Below, one piece after another: positions 50,280 to 60,719 of a stretch of DNA of 64,000 nucleotides. Under the pieces are notes generated by a model. That model made no database searches. It was not told the DNA's origin and worked only from the letters and a program-made list of their open reading frames with translations. This DNA comes from an uncultured Trueperaceae bacterium. GTDB lineage: Bacteria; Deinococcota; Deinococci; Deinococcales; Trueperaceae. The first letter of the stretch is position 1. Every line of letters starts with the position of its first letter. The stretch lies in the NCBI GenBank assembly GCA_963799485.1, contig CAWCXJ010000013.1, positions 96,001 to 160,000 of the forward strand, read 5' to 3'. The translations under genes and the position numbers were made by a program.

Positions 50280-51662
50280 ATGACGAAACCGGCGATGGAG
50301 TTGTGGATAGACGGTAAAACCGAGCGGATAACGGCGGTGTCCCCCTCGCGGATGCTCTTGGACTACCTACGGGCGTCGGGTCACGTCGGCGTCAAAGAGG
50401 GCTGCGCCGAAGGTGACTGCGGCGCATGTACGGTCGCCGTTCGTGGCGCGGTCCGGGGTGAAGGGACGTTCAAGGCGGTCAACAGCTGTCTCGTTCCGCT
50501 GGCAGCGGTGGCGGGTCAAGAGGTCGTAACGGCCTCGGGACTGGCCCAAAACGGGGTGTTGCACCCGGTTCAGGCGGCGCTCGCGGCGGCGGGCGGGTCG
50601 CAGTGCGGGTATTGTACGCCGGGATTTGTGATGAGCCTCTTTGCGGCCCAGGGTTCGGGAGAGACCGGGGAAGCGGTGCTGGAGGGCAACTTGTGCCGCT
50701 GCACGGGCTACCGGCCTATCCGCGAGGCGGCGCACAGCCTAAACGAAGCGCCTGCCGAGCACCTGTATCCTATACGCGAACACCGTAAACCAACTCACTA
50801 CAGTGCCGGTAACGAACATTTTTTCCGTCCAGCATCGCTTCAAGAAGCGCTCGAGCTGATCGCCACGCACCCTGAAGCCAAACTCATCGCCGGGGGTACG
50901 GATGTGGGTGTCGAACTCAATAAACTGGGCCGTCACTACCCGGTTTTGGTGTCCGTGGAGCATGTCCCCGAACTCCGTCAGCTTGAAGAGACGGACGCAG
51001 GATTTACGTTAGGCAGTGCGCTGACGCTCTCTGAACTCGAGCAACAACTCGCGGGCCGTATCCCACTCCTAGAAACGATGCTCCAAAGTTTTGCGGCGCG
51101 GCAAATCCGCAACCGCGCCACGCTGGGCGGCAACCTGGCAACGGCTTCGCCGGTCGGCGACCTTGCGCCGGTGCTGCTCGCCTGCGACGCCTCGCTCACG
51201 CTGCTATCGGCTGAGGGCGAACGCACCCTCCCGCTGAGCGCGTTTTTTACGGGCTACCGTAAGGCGGCGCTGCGCCCGGGTGAACTGATAGCGTCGGTGA
51301 CGGTGCCCGAACAGACCGGACGGTTAGAAGCCGTTTACAAGGTCGGCAAACGCGGCGCAGACGACATCTCGACGGTGGCGGCGGCGTTCAGCTTGGAGCT
51401 TTCAGGCGGTACTGTCGCCTCGGCGCGGCTGGCTTACGGCGGCGTTGCCGCGACGCCCATTCGCGCCTATGAGGTTGAAGCGTTTTTACGGGGCCAGCCC
51501 TGGAACGCGCGCACCGCGTCCGAGGCCGCCACCCGCCTCCGCGCCCTTTTTACGCCGCTGAGCGACCTGCGCGGCAGCGCCGGGTATCGCCGCGCCCTGG
51601 TCGGGAACTTGTTTGAAAAGTTCTTTTATGAGCATTCTGGCGTGAGCGAGGTCGCCGCGTGA
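50280..51662 (+). CDS. xdhA: Xanthine dehydrogenase small (FeS/FAD) subunit
   Basis: KEGCAEGDCGACT, QCGYCTPG, GNLCRCTGY, AGGTD, QIRNRATLGGN; SD GAGGAGG. Confidence 0.95.
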   Translation: MTKPAMELWIDGKTERITAVSPSRMLLDYLRASGHVGVKEGCAEGDCGACTVAVRGAVRGEGTFKAVNSCLVPLAAVAGQEVVTASGLAQNGVLHPVQAALAAAGGSQCGYCTPGFVMSLFAAQGSGETGEAVLEGNLCRCTGYRPIREAAHSLNEAPAEHLYPIREHRKPTHYSAGNEHFFRPASLQEALELIATHPEAKLIAGGTDVGVELNKLGRHYPVLVSVEHVPELRQLEETDAGFTLGSALTLSELEQQLAGRIPLLETMLQSFAARQIRNRATLGGNLATASPVGDLAPVLLACDASLTLLSAEGERTLPLSAFFTGYRKAALRPGELIASVTVPEQTGRLEAVYKVGKRGADDISTVAAAFSLELSGGTVASARLAYGGVAATPIRAYEVEAFLRGQPWNARTASEAATRLRALFTPLSDLRGSAGYRRALVGNLFEKFFYEHSGVSEVAA

Positions 51663-53983
51663 GCGTCGGTAAACCCCTCCCCCACGAGAGCGCCAGCGCG
51701 CACGTGCAGGGCACGGCCCGCTACACCGACGACCAGCCGCGTTTTACGGGGATGCTCAGCGCGTGGCCCGTTTTGGCTCCGCACGCCCGCGCCCGCATTA
51801 CTGCTTTAGAAACGGCTCCCGCTTTAGAGGTTCCCGGCGTCGTTCACGTCCTGAGCTACCGGGACGTACCGGGTGAAAACGACTCGAGCGCCCACAAAGG
51901 CGACGAACCGCTGTTACCCGAACATGACGTGCTGTTTCACAGCCAAGCCGTCGCCTGGGTTTTGGCTGAGGATGACGCGGCGGCGAGGGCCGGGGCCGCG
52001 CTCGTCCAAGTTTCCTATAAACCGCTGACGCCGCTTCTAAGTATTCAAGATGCTACCGCTCGAGAGAGTTTTCACGGGCCGGAACAAAAGCTCTCGCGGG
52101 GCGACGTGGATGCTGCGCTACAGGGTGCTGCCAACCGGCTCAGCGGTGAACTGTCTGTCGGCGGGCAAGACCATTTTTACCTGGAGACCCACGTCAGCTG
52201 GGCCGTTCCCGACCCGGACGGCACCGTCCACGTCACGAGTTCGACGCAACACCCGAGCGAGACGCAGGGCGTCGTCGCCAACGTCTTGGGCGTTCCCGCG
52301 CATCAGGTGACGGTGACGTGCTTGCGGATGGGCGGCGGCTTCGGGGGCAAAGAGTCGCAGGCCGCTCCTTACGCGGCGCTCGCAGCGCTCGGCGCACGCG
52401 TCACCGGGCGGCCCGTGCGCGTCAGGCTCCGGCGCGAGCACGATATGGTGTTGTCGGGTAAACGGCACCCGTTCTGGGGGCGCTACGAGGTCGGCTTTTC
52501 AGACGAGGGGACGCTCGAGGCGGTGAGGCTCGAGCTCTACAGCGACGGGGGGTTCTCGTCCGACCTCTCGCTGCCGGTGATGGGCCGCGCCCTGTTTCAC
52601 GTGGACAACGCCTACTTCGTGCCGAACCTGCACGTCACGGGCCGCGTCTGCAAGACGAACAAGGTCTCGCAGACGGCGTTTCGGGGTTTCGGTGGGCCAC
52701 AGGGAATGCTTTTTGCCGAGGAGATCGTGGCGCAGGTGGCGCAGCATCTGGGCGTTCCGGCAGAACGGGTACGTGAGCGCAACTTTTACGGCGGCACGGG
52801 TGAAAGCGCGACGACGCATTACGGTCAGGAGATTACCGATAACCGGTTAGGGCGGGTCTGGCACGAAGTTCTGGACAAAGCGGATTTTACGGCGCGTAAA
52901 ACTGACGTTGCTGCATTTAACGCCGCACAACCTCACCGTAAACGCGGCCTCGCCGTCACGCCCGTAAAGTTCGGGATTTCGTTTACCAACACGCCGATGA
53001 ACCAGGCCGGGGCGCTCGTTCTCATCTATCAAGACGGCAGCGTGCAGCTCAACCACGGCGGTACCGAGATGGGGCAGGGGCTCTACACGAAGATGTTGCA
53101 GGTTGCTGCGACGACGCTCGGCGTGCCGCTGGCGCAGTTTCGGGCGATGCCGACGGCGACCGACAAAGTTCCCAACACCTCCCCGACGGCGGCGAGTAGC
53201 GGCTCCGACCTCAACGGGCAGGCAGTTTTTGCGGCGTGTGAGACGCTCAAAGAGCGGCTCTCAGGGGTGGCGGCGGGGTTGCTCGAGCTCCCCTCACCCG
53301 AAACCCTGACGTTTGAAGACGGTGAGGTTTTCTCTCCTGCCAGGCCCGAACGCCGCCTGCTATTTATCGACGTGGTGCGGCGGGCGTACTTGGGGCAAAT
53401 CCCGCTCTTCGCTGCCGGTTTTTACCGCACTCCGAACCTGCATTTCGACCCGCACACGGGCAAGGGGCGGCCTTTTTATTACTTCGCCTACGGCGCGGCG
53501 GTCAGCGAGGTCGAGGTGGACGGTTTTACGGGGCAGTTCCGCTTACGGCGTGTGGACATTGTCGAGGACGCCGGAACGTCGCTTAATCCGCTTCTGGACC
53601 AGGGGCAGATCGAAGGCGGGTTCGTTCAGGGGCTGGGCTGGCTGACGATGGAAGAAGCGCTCTGGGACGACACCGGACGGTTTGTGACCAACGCGCCGAG
53701 CGTCTACAAGATTCCGACGATTGCCGACGTGCCCGAAGCTTTTCACGTGACGCTGTTGTCCCGCGCCGCCCAAGACGGTGTAGTTTACGGCAGCAAAGCG
53801 GTCGGCGAACCACCCTTTATGCTTGCGCTCAGCGTCCGGGAGGCGATTCGTAACGCTGTCGCTGCGTTCGCTACGGGGACACCGCAACGCCTCGAGCTAG
53901 CTTCACCCGCGACGCCTGAAGCGATTTTACGGGCGATTGAAACGGTCAAGGTACCGGCTCCGGAACTCGTTTCCGGTGACTAG
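51659..53983 (+). CDS. xdhB: Xanthine dehydrogenase molybdopterin-binding subunit
   Basis: RMGGGFGGKE, AFRGFGGPQG, GGTEMGQG, TAASSGSDLNG, SKAVGEPP. Confidence 0.97.
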   Translation: MSVGKPLPHESASAHVQGTARYTDDQPRFTGMLSAWPVLAPHARARITALETAPALEVPGVVHVLSYRDVPGENDSSAHKGDEPLLPEHDVLFHSQAVAWVLAEDDAAARAGAALVQVSYKPLTPLLSIQDATARESFHGPEQKLSRGDVDAALQGAANRLSGELSVGGQDHFYLETHVSWAVPDPDGTVHVTSSTQHPSETQGVVANVLGVPAHQVTVTCLRMGGGFGGKESQAAPYAALAALGARVTGRPVRVRLRREHDMVLSGKRHPFWGRYEVGFSDEGTLEAVRLELYSDGGFSSDLSLPVMGRALFHVDNAYFVPNLHVTGRVCKTNKVSQTAFRGFGGPQGMLFAEEIVAQVAQHLGVPAERVRERNFYGGTGESATTHYGQEITDNRLGRVWHEVLDKADFTARKTDVAAFNAAQPHRKRGLAVTPVKFGISFTNTPMNQAGALVLIYQDGSVQLNHGGTEMGQGLYTKMLQVAATTLGVPLAQFRAMPTATDKVPNTSPTAASSGSDLNGQAVFAACETLKERLSGVAAGLLELPSPETLTFEDGEVFSPARPERRLLFIDVVRRAYLGQIPLFAAGFYRTPNLHFDPHTGKGRPFYYFAYGAAVSEVEVDGFTGQFRLRRVDIVEDAGTSLNPLLDQGQIEGGFVQGLGWLTMEEALWDDTGRFVTNAPSVYKIPTIADVPEAFHVTLLSRAAQDGVVYGSKAVGEPPFMLALSVREAIRNAVAAFATGTPQRLELASPATPEAILRAIETVKVPAPELVSGD

Positions 53984-54001
53984 CTTTCGGGTAATAATTT
54001 C

Positions 54002-54811
54002 TTGAGCTGGCTTGCCGCCGTGACGCAGTTGCACGCAGCTGGCACGCCGTTCGTCCTGGTGACGATTGCCCGGGTTCGCGGTCATGCGCCGCGCGGCGCA
54101 GGGTGCAAGATGGTCGTCAGCGCCGAGGAAGTGTGGGGCAGTGTCGGCGGCGGGAACCTCGAGGCTCACACCACTACTCGCGCCCGTAAACTTCTGGCTG
54201 AACACGTCACGACGCCCCAACTGCTGACGCAAAAACTGAGTACCAAAGGCGGGGACTACGGCGTGCAGTGTTGCGGGGGAGAGGTGACGCTGCTCTTGGA
54301 GCCGCACTACCTGCAGCGCCCGACAGTCGCCATTTTCGGCGCCGGACACGTCGGGTGGGCGCTCGTACAGGTTTTGGGGACGTTGCCTTTAGAGCTTCAT
54401 CTGGTGGACTCGCGGCCCGACGCCCTCAACCGTTCCCTGCCCACACCGCTGACCGCTTCGGTGACGACGCACCACGCGCCGGTTCCCGAAAGTGTCTTGG
54501 ACGCGCTGCCCGAGAAGGCCCATCTGCTCGTCCTGACGCACGACCACGCGGAAGATGTAGCGGTACTCGAGCGCGCCCTCTACAAAAATCCCGGTAAAGA
54601 TTTTGGCTTTATTGGGCTTATCGGTTCAAAGAGCAAGTGGACACATTTTCGCCGTAAACTGCTCGAGTCCGGTCTAACTGAAACCGACCTTACGCGCGTG
54701 ACCACGCCTATCGGGTTGCCGAACGTTCCCGGTAAAAGTCCGCAGTCGGTGGCGATAGCGGTGGCGGCGCAGCTGCTCGGGGTGCTCTCTTTACCCGATA
54801 CGCTTTTCTAG
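54002..54811 (+). CDS. xdhC: Xanthine dehydrogenase accessory protein
   Basis: GSVGGGNLE, QCCGG, FGAGHVG, LTHDHAED, GLIGSKSK. Confidence 0.95.
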   Translation: MSWLAAVTQLHAAGTPFVLVTIARVRGHAPRGAGCKMVVSAEEVWGSVGGGNLEAHTTTRARKLLAEHVTTPQLLTQKLSTKGGDYGVQCCGGEVTLLLEPHYLQRPTVAIFGAGHVGWALVQVLGTLPLELHLVDSRPDALNRSLPTPLTASVTTHHAPVPESVLDALPEKAHLLVLTHDHAEDVAVLERALYKNPGKDFGFIGLIGSKSKWTHFRRKLLESGLTETDLTRVTTPIGLPNVPGKSPQSVAIAVAAQLLGVLSLPDTLF

Positions 54812-54827
54812 ACCCTTGCAACGGCCT

Positions 54828-56129
54828 TTACGGATTGGGCGGGTTATACGCCAGGACAATCTGACCGTCGATATACATCCGCAATTCGGTTTCGCCGTAA
54901 ACGGTCACGGTGTCGTCAACGGCCTCGTTCGGCCCCATGGCACGCTCTAACGCGACGCGCGTACCTTCGTCGTCGGTAACTTCGACCTTGAATTCATACG
55001 CGCGCCCCTGCAAAAATGAATAGTTTGCCGGGTCGTAGGCAATGGGGATGACGCGTCCGCCGGTCGCGGGCAGGCCCGCTGCGAGGCTTTGTCCGGCCCC
55101 CGTTTGACCCTGTGGTTGACCTGACCCTGACCCCGTTTGTAGTTGATCCTCACGCGTCCCTGCAGGCGTCCTTACGGGCGGTAGCGCGGGAGCCTGCACC
55201 TCGTAGGAACCCGCGTCCCCGTTCGTACGAAGCTCGACGGCGGTGCCCCAAAGCGTATAGCTGCCGGGTTGAACCGTACTGACGCCGCGCGGCTTCGCCG
55301 GGTCGAACGGGTCGGTAATGACCTGACCGACGCGGAGCCCGGCAGCTTGCAGACGCTCGGCGGCGCGTTCTAAGTCCAGACCGCGCACGGGCGGCACCGC
55401 TACGACCTGACGGTTGGCGACGGTGTAATAAAGCGTTACGGGGGCGCTAACGCTCGCGTTTACCCCGGCTTTGGGAGTTTGCGCCGTGACCCCGGGCGGC
55501 CCGAGCCGTGTCGGTACGGTGACGACCTGACGGAAGCCGAGTTTGTTCAGCTGCGCTTCTGCAACGTCCAAGCGTTTGCCGACGACGCGCGGGAGAACGA
55601 CGCGCTGCGCCCGTGGCCCTAAACTCAAGACGAGCTGCACGGCGTTGGCGTTGCTTTGCAAGGTGCTGCCCCCTGCCGGACGTTGCGCCAAGACTGTTCC
55701 TTCGGGTTGCGGGGCGTTGCGAAATGCGAGTCGTGAGAGTTCCAGCCCCGCACTTGCCAGCGCCGCTTCGGCCTCACTCCGGCCTAGACCGACAAGCCTC
55801 GGCACGCTGGTTTCGCCCGCCGTACTGACGCCGAGCGCAACGCCGCGCCCACGACGCACCGAAGCGCCCACAGTCGGCGTCTGACTCGTTACGCTTTCAG
55901 GGGGCGCTGACCGGGTGCTGTCGGGGTAAGTGGAGACCTCGAAGCCCAGGTTTTGCAGCGTTCGGCTGGCGTCACGAACGTTTTCACCGACGACGCCCGG
56001 AACCTTTACCTCACCGACCTGGACGTAGCGAACCCCGAGAAGACCGATAAGTCCGGCAAAAGCTGTGAGGAGAGCGAGCGCCAGCAGAACCCGAAACGGA
56101 CTTCTGCGGCGCGGTCTGGAACGTACCAC
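54828..56129 (-). CDS. PASTA domain-containing membrane-anchored protein (no kinase domain)
   Basis: One N-terminal TM helix then about four VPxVVG..A..L..GL..Q.P repeats. Confidence 0.88.
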   Translation of the reverse strand: MVRSRPRRRSPFRVLLALALLTAFAGLIGLLGVRYVQVGEVKVPGVVGENVRDASRTLQNLGFEVSTYPDSTRSAPPESVTSQTPTVGASVRRGRGVALGVSTAGETSVPRLVGLGRSEAEAALASAGLELSRLAFRNAPQPEGTVLAQRPAGGSTLQSNANAVQLVLSLGPRAQRVVLPRVVGKRLDVAEAQLNKLGFRQVVTVPTRLGPPGVTAQTPKAGVNASVSAPVTLYYTVANRQVVAVPPVRGLDLERAAERLQAAGLRVGQVITDPFDPAKPRGVSTVQPGSYTLWGTAVELRTNGDAGSYEVQAPALPPVRTPAGTREDQLQTGSGSGQPQGQTGAGQSLAAGLPATGGRVIPIAYDPANYSFLQGRAYEFKVEVTDDEGTRVALERAMGPNEAVDDTVTVYGETELRMYIDGQIVLAYNPPNP

Positions 56130-56239
56130 CCCAGAACTTTAACACGGCCTGGTAGACCGTCTCGTGAGAGTACCGGACACGTCGCCATATCGGTAACAGA
56201 CCAGACTTACCCTCGAGCCGTGTCCGTTATAGTTGAGCC

Positions 56240-56869
56240 GTGTCCGTTTCGCTTACCCCCATCACCGATCCTGCGGCTGCCGACAGCACCTTTCCTGAAC
56301 TCGCTGCGCTGGCACGGCTTGCGGCGGCGGGCGTCCGGCTTGCGCCGCTCCGGGTCGTCCCTGCTGCTGCTGAAGAGACTTTTTACCGTTTGAACAACCT
56401 GCCTGCCCAGCTCAGCGCGCTCTTTGCGGGCCTCGAGCTGCGTGATCCCGACGAGGACGACCTCGAGGAACGCGCGCCCACGGCCCAGGCGCTTTTACGG
56501 CAACACTTTTTGCTCGACGAGTTCGTCGATCTCTTTTACGCCGGTCTTTCCGGGCTTCCGCCGCGTGTTCGGGTACGCCGCCCGAATGTGCCGGGAACCC
56601 AGGAACCCGGTCGCGTCGTTACCAAAGGGCGTCCGGCGCTTTTGGCGCTCAAAGACACCTGGGCCGATGACTGGTCGTTCGGTGCGCTCTGGGCGCGTAC
56701 TACCGCGCAGGGAACGGTCGCCCTCACCGCGCGGCCCGTCTTGCTCGCGCCGTCCACCCAAACCGACGCCGGAGACGCCGAAGCAGGCCGCGCCTCACAG
56801 CTTTTGGGTCAGCGGGTAAGGCTTTTGCACGACCCGACTCTCGGCGTCACCGGGGTGCGTTTTCTCTAG
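56240..56869 (+). CDS. Conserved hypothetical protein
   Basis: 209-aa ORF with host-like codon use; TATAGT box 6 nt before GTG. Confidence 0.7.
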   Translation: MSVSLTPITDPAAADSTFPELAALARLAAAGVRLAPLRVVPAAAEETFYRLNNLPAQLSALFAGLELRDPDEDDLEERAPTAQALLRQHFLLDEFVDLFYAGLSGLPPRVRVRRPNVPGTQEPGRVVTKGRPALLALKDTWADDWSFGALWARTTAQGTVALTARPVLLAPSTQTDAGDAEAGRASQLLGQRVRLLHDPTLGVTGVRFL

Positions 56870-56944
56870 TGTGTCAAACTCAGGGCGGTAAGCCCAGACG
56901 CTTGTTGGGGAAAAAAGCCAAACGCCCTGTAGCCCAGTTGGAAC

Positions 56945-56992
56945 GCCGACAACCTTTAGAGCCGACAACCTTTAGAGCCGACAACCTTCAGA
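56945..56992. repeat. Tandem repeat, 16 bp x3
   Basis: GCCGACAACCTTTAGA x2 + GCCGACAACCTTCAGA. Confidence 0.95.
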
Positions 56993-57082
56993 TATGTGCA
57001 GATGTATGAACCGGGCTGCGTAGGCTGGGCGACGGGCACCTGTCAACGCTAAAGCTAAGGTAAACGCTATGAAAGCCGCCCC

Positions 57083-57949
57083 ATGCCCTGGTTAGTCCCG
57101 TGCAGCATTTCGCCTGCTGGTGAGGCGTTTTTAACGCAGTTTTTAGGCGCTCTGGCCGAACGGCTAGACGATCCTGCGCTGGACCGCGCCGATACAGTGC
57201 GTGAGACGCTCGCCCAGGTCATGCACGCTGCCTCCTACGCCGAGCTTGCCGAGCGTGCGCCCGCCGCCGCCTTTGCGCTCGATCCACGCAATGTTCTTTT
57301 TGAAGCCGAGCGCTACGCCGTGACCGACCAGGAACGGTTTGCCCGTGTCAAACCGCTCTTGTGGCTCTGGAAAAGCCTCGACCTCACGCCAATGGGTCAA
57401 TCTGTTGCAAGCGGTTTGCGCTTAAGGCGGTTGTTGGCCGAGCGCATCTTCGCCCGCGCGGGTAAAAACCTCAACATCTTCCAGAACGTCGAAGTATCAG
57501 TCGGGTACAACCTCGAGGTCGGCGATAACGTCTCGCTTCACCGGCACGTCTTTATCGACGACATCGGCGGCGTCAAGCTTCACGACGGTGTAAACCTGTC
57601 GGATTATGTCAACGTCTACAGCCACACCCACAGCATTCTAGAGTCGCCCGACGTGATCCTGAAAGAAACGGTGATCGGGCGCGGCGTGCGGGTGGCGTAT
57701 CATGCGACGATTCTGGCCGGAACCGTGCTGAGCGACGACAGCATGATGGGCGCGATGGCGCTCGTAACCCGCGACTTCGAGCCGCACGTCATCGGCTTGG
57801 GCATTCCGGCAAAGGCCCGTATCTGGAAAGAGCGGGCGGGCGACGCCCGGTTCGCGAGCCTGGTCGTAGACGCGCGCAGCTATAACCGTACACCCGAAGT
57901 GCGAGCCAACCCTGATTTTGCCGAAGCTGAGACGGTTGCAAAAGATTAG
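57083..57949 (+). CDS. Hexapeptide-repeat acyltransferase
   Basis: Left-handed beta-helix repeats (VGDNVSL, LHDGVNL, IGRGVRV), YSHTH, GIPAK. Confidence 0.88.
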   Translation: MPWLVPCSISPAGEAFLTQFLGALAERLDDPALDRADTVRETLAQVMHAASYAELAERAPAAAFALDPRNVLFEAERYAVTDQERFARVKPLLWLWKSLDLTPMGQSVASGLRLRRLLAERIFARAGKNLNIFQNVEVSVGYNLEVGDNVSLHRHVFIDDIGGVKLHDGVNLSDYVNVYSHTHSILESPDVILKETVIGRGVRVAYHATILAGTVLSDDSMMGAMALVTRDFEPHVIGLGIPAKARIWKERAGDARFASLVVDARSYNRTPEVRANPDFAEAETVAKD

Positions 57950-58161
57950 CTTTGCGGCGTAAAAGTTGCGGTGTGAACGGCCTCGAGCGCCTCTGCCAAC
58001 CCCTCGAGCGAACACGGTGCGTAGGCCTCGAGCCCCACGATCTCAGCTTCCGGGACACCGGCCTCGAGCAGCGTTCGGCGCAAATTGAGCAGTAGTGCTT
58101 GGCGGTAGGCTGCGTCGATAAGTGCACGGTTGAAAGCTAGATTGAGTGCCCGACTTCGCAA
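57946..58161 (-). CDS. Small protein resembling NHLP-clan (Os1348/Franean1_4349-like) leader proteins
   Basis: TTG start with GGAG SD; RALIDAAYRQALL...TLLEAGVPEAEI pattern. Confidence 0.5.
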   Translation of the reverse strand: MRSRALNLAFNRALIDAAYRQALLLNLRRTLLEAGVPEAEIVGLEAYAPCSLEGLAEALEAVHTATFTPQS

Positions 58162-58249
58162 AACAACTCCCCGGCCGATTTGGGTTTGACCCGAATCTTG
58201 TGAACGATAGCACGCCGCTTTAGGGACTGCACGAACGGTTCACGAAACA

Positions 58250-58292
58250 TAACTAAACGACTACGCACTGAAAGTGCGTAGTCGTTTAGTTA
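58250..58292. terminator. Perfect 20-bp inverted repeat downstream of ilvE
   Basis: TAACTAAACGACTACGCACT-gaa-AGTGCGTAGTCGTTTAGTTA. Confidence 0.75.
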
Positions 58293-58325
58293 AAACTTGG
58301 AGCTCGAGCCCACGGCTGCTCCGGG

Positions 58326-59282
58326 CTAGCGGACGTAACTCAGCCAATGCTCGAACTCCGGCACTTCACCCGCCGCAGCTTTTAAGTAAAGTTCACGCAG
58401 CTTGATAGTAAATTCACCGGCTTTGCCGCTGCCGACCGGGCGGCGGTCGATAGACGAAACCGGCGACACCTCGGCGGCAGTCCCGACCATAAACACCTCG
58501 TCGGCGATGTAGAGCTCATCGCGGGTCGCCATCGTCGGGACAACTGCTGTGCCGAGCGATTCGGCGAGTTTGACCACCGAATCACGGGTGATGCCGCGCA
58601 GGTTGACCGAGTGCGCGATCGGATAGAGCGTGCCGCCCTTGAGGAAAAAGATATTTTCGCCTGAACCCTCGGCGACGAACCCTTCTTTGTCCAGCAGCAG
58701 CGCCTCGTCGAAACCGCCGTCTTTGGCCTCTTGGTTGGCTAATACCGAATTGACGTAGTTGCCGCCCGCTTTGGCTTTGGTCGGCAGTACGTCGCCGGGG
58801 CTTCTGCGCCACGAGGAGGTCATCAGTTTTGCGCCCTCGCGCACGGCGTCTTCACCCAGATACGAACCCCACGGCATCGTGGCAACCATGAAATGCACCG
58901 AATTCTTGCCCGGATTGACGCCCAGGCTCTCGGCGCCGTACCACAGCAGCGGGCGGATGTAACACGACTCGTAGTGGTTTTGCCGGACGGTCTCGAGTAC
59001 CGCTTCACTGATTTCTTGGGCGCTGCAAGGCGCGGGCATCCCCAGGATTTTCGCCGAGTCGAGCAGCCGCTGTGTGTGCTCCGGCAGTCTGAAAACTGCC
59101 GGGCCGCGCGCGGTCTTGTAGGCGCGAACACCCTCGAACACGCTGGTACCGTAGTGCAAGGCGTGCGTCAGCACCGAAACCTTGGCTTCGGCTGCGGGGA
59201 CGAGTTCGCCGTCGAACCAGATAAGTCCGGCGTCCGTTTCAGTTCTGCCGACGGAGTTTTGCTGAGCTAAAGGAACAGTCAT
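58326..59282 (-). CDS. ilvE: Branched-chain amino acid aminotransferase
   Basis: HALHYGTSVFEG, YIRP, KAGGNYVNS, EGSGENIF, GITR, GTAAEV. Confidence 0.97.
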   Translation of the reverse strand: MTVPLAQQNSVGRTETDAGLIWFDGELVPAAEAKVSVLTHALHYGTSVFEGVRAYKTARGPAVFRLPEHTQRLLDSAKILGMPAPCSAQEISEAVLETVRQNHYESCYIRPLLWYGAESLGVNPGKNSVHFMVATMPWGSYLGEDAVREGAKLMTSSWRRSPGDVLPTKAKAGGNYVNSVLANQEAKDGGFDEALLLDKEGFVAEGSGENIFFLKGGTLYPIAHSVNLRGITRDSVVKLAESLGTAVVPTMATRDELYIADEVFMVGTAAEVSPVSSIDRRPVGSGKAGEFTIKLRELYLKAAAGEVPEFEHWLSYVR

Positions 59283-59474
59283 GAAGGTCTCCTTATGTAA
59301 GGCACTATACAGCGCAGCCGGCTGAAACGTTGCCCGGTTCTACGCGACTGCCTGTTACGCAGACGCCACGAGGCACTTTGCCTGTGAACTCGAGGCTTTT
59401 AATGACCTGCTGTTCATGCGGCCCTCAAAATGCAGCGCGAAGGCTGTGATAAGCTCTACAGGCTTAGGAGTGAC

Positions 59475-60074
59475 ATGACACGAGCTGTTCTACTAATCGG
59501 TTTACTAGTTTCGAGTCTCTGGAGTGGCGCTTTTGCCCAGCAGCGCGCAACGGTTTCCGGAACCGTCGCAACCCCCGACGGGCTCCCTGAAACTGCCCGT
59601 ATCGGCGTGCATATCGTCGATACGCGGGGCGTTTGGGGCCGAGAAATCGGGACGACGACACCTGAAAACGGCACCTTCGAGGTTGAGCTTGCGGGTTCGA
59701 CAGACGCGCTGACGCCGTTTCGGAGCAGTGAGGTGGTGCTGCCGGGATTGCAAAACAACTACAGTTTGAGCTCCGAGGTCAACTTTACCCGCGCCCAGAT
59801 CGACGTGTATCTCGACGAAAACGGCAACGGTACCTTCGACCGCGAGACCGACACGCCGTACCTGGGCCTCGCCGGAATCTCTGAGCCGAGCGGCTTTTTT
59901 GTTCCGCTTTACGTCGACGCCGACACGACACTCGAGGCTGAGGGTCAAACCTACACGTTCAAAAGGGGCTGGAACATCTTTACGGTACGCTTCCCGGAGG
60001 GGGGGCAGCCGGAATATGGCGTCTCGAGTACGCTCGGCGCGGCGCGTCTGGACGTGTTTCCCGGTGAGCCGTAA
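59475..60074 (+). CDS. Secreted hypothetical protein
   Basis: SD AGGAG, signal peptide AFA-Q, DENGNGTFD Ca-binding-like loop, FKRGWN motif. Confidence 0.7.
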   Translation: MTRAVLLIGLLVSSLWSGAFAQQRATVSGTVATPDGLPETARIGVHIVDTRGVWGREIGTTTPENGTFEVELAGSTDALTPFRSSEVVLPGLQNNYSLSSEVNFTRAQIDVYLDENGNGTFDRETDTPYLGLAGISEPSGFFVPLYVDADTTLEAEGQTYTFKRGWNIFTVRFPEGGQPEYGVSSTLGAARLDVFPGEP

Positions 60075-60335
60075 GGCGTCCGGGATTTACCGGCGCTGAC
60101 CGAAAAGAGTCTCTGCCTCACGGTAGGCAGCACAGTAGGCAGCATGACAGGCAGCCGGGTTGTGTCACCTTCGCCCTTACCGCCGGTCTCAGCGCAGTCG
60201 GCGACATCGGGTTCATCGCCCTAGTAGGCAAACTCATTACCTTTACACCTGCGACGGCTTTATACTCGACCCTATTATGTGTGATGCCAACAGCCGTGTT
60301 GCAACGACGCCTAAAAACTCCGCCCCGAAAAATCC

Positions 60336-60719
60336 ATGAGCAAAAAAACCTATAGCGCCCGCGAGATCGTCCTTTCACTTTTTCCCGATACCGACGCGGC
60401 GCTCGTCCCCCTTCCCGAGCCCTACCGTTTTGAACTCGCTGACAGCGGGCTGCTGCGTCTGCTGCGTGACGGAACCGAAGTGGCGCTGCTCGCGCCGGTT
60501 GCCCCGGCGGGGAACGCCTCGAGCCAGCTCTGCTGCGACCTCTGCCGCTGGAGCGCCCCGCGCCACTACCTGCAACTCTTTCGCGCTGAAGTCCCCGGTT
60601 CAAAAGGGCGACGTTACCGCTACGTTTCGCTTTGCCGTGACCCTGCCGGGTGTGAAGCACGCCGCGCCCACGGCGACGCGCCCGTCGATCTGCTGCTCAG
60701 CCGGGTACTGGGAGGTTAG
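60336..60719 (+). CDS. FBP-domain (treble-clef zinc finger) protein
   Basis: CCDLC...YVSLCRDPAGC cysteine pattern. Confidence 0.6.
   Translation: MSKKTYSAREIVLSLFPDTDAALVPLPEPYRFELADSGLLRLLRDGTEVALLAPVAPAGNASSQLCCDLCRWSAPRHYLQLFRAEVPGSKGRRYRYVSLCRDPAGCEARRAHGDAPVDLLLSRVLGG

Noticed and set aside
56945..56992. Possible CRISPR array
   Set aside because: The 16-bp units are contiguous with no spacers, and no cas genes are present
58250..58292. MITE/REP-type element
   Set aside because: Only one copy in the window, no target duplication, and its position fits a terminator
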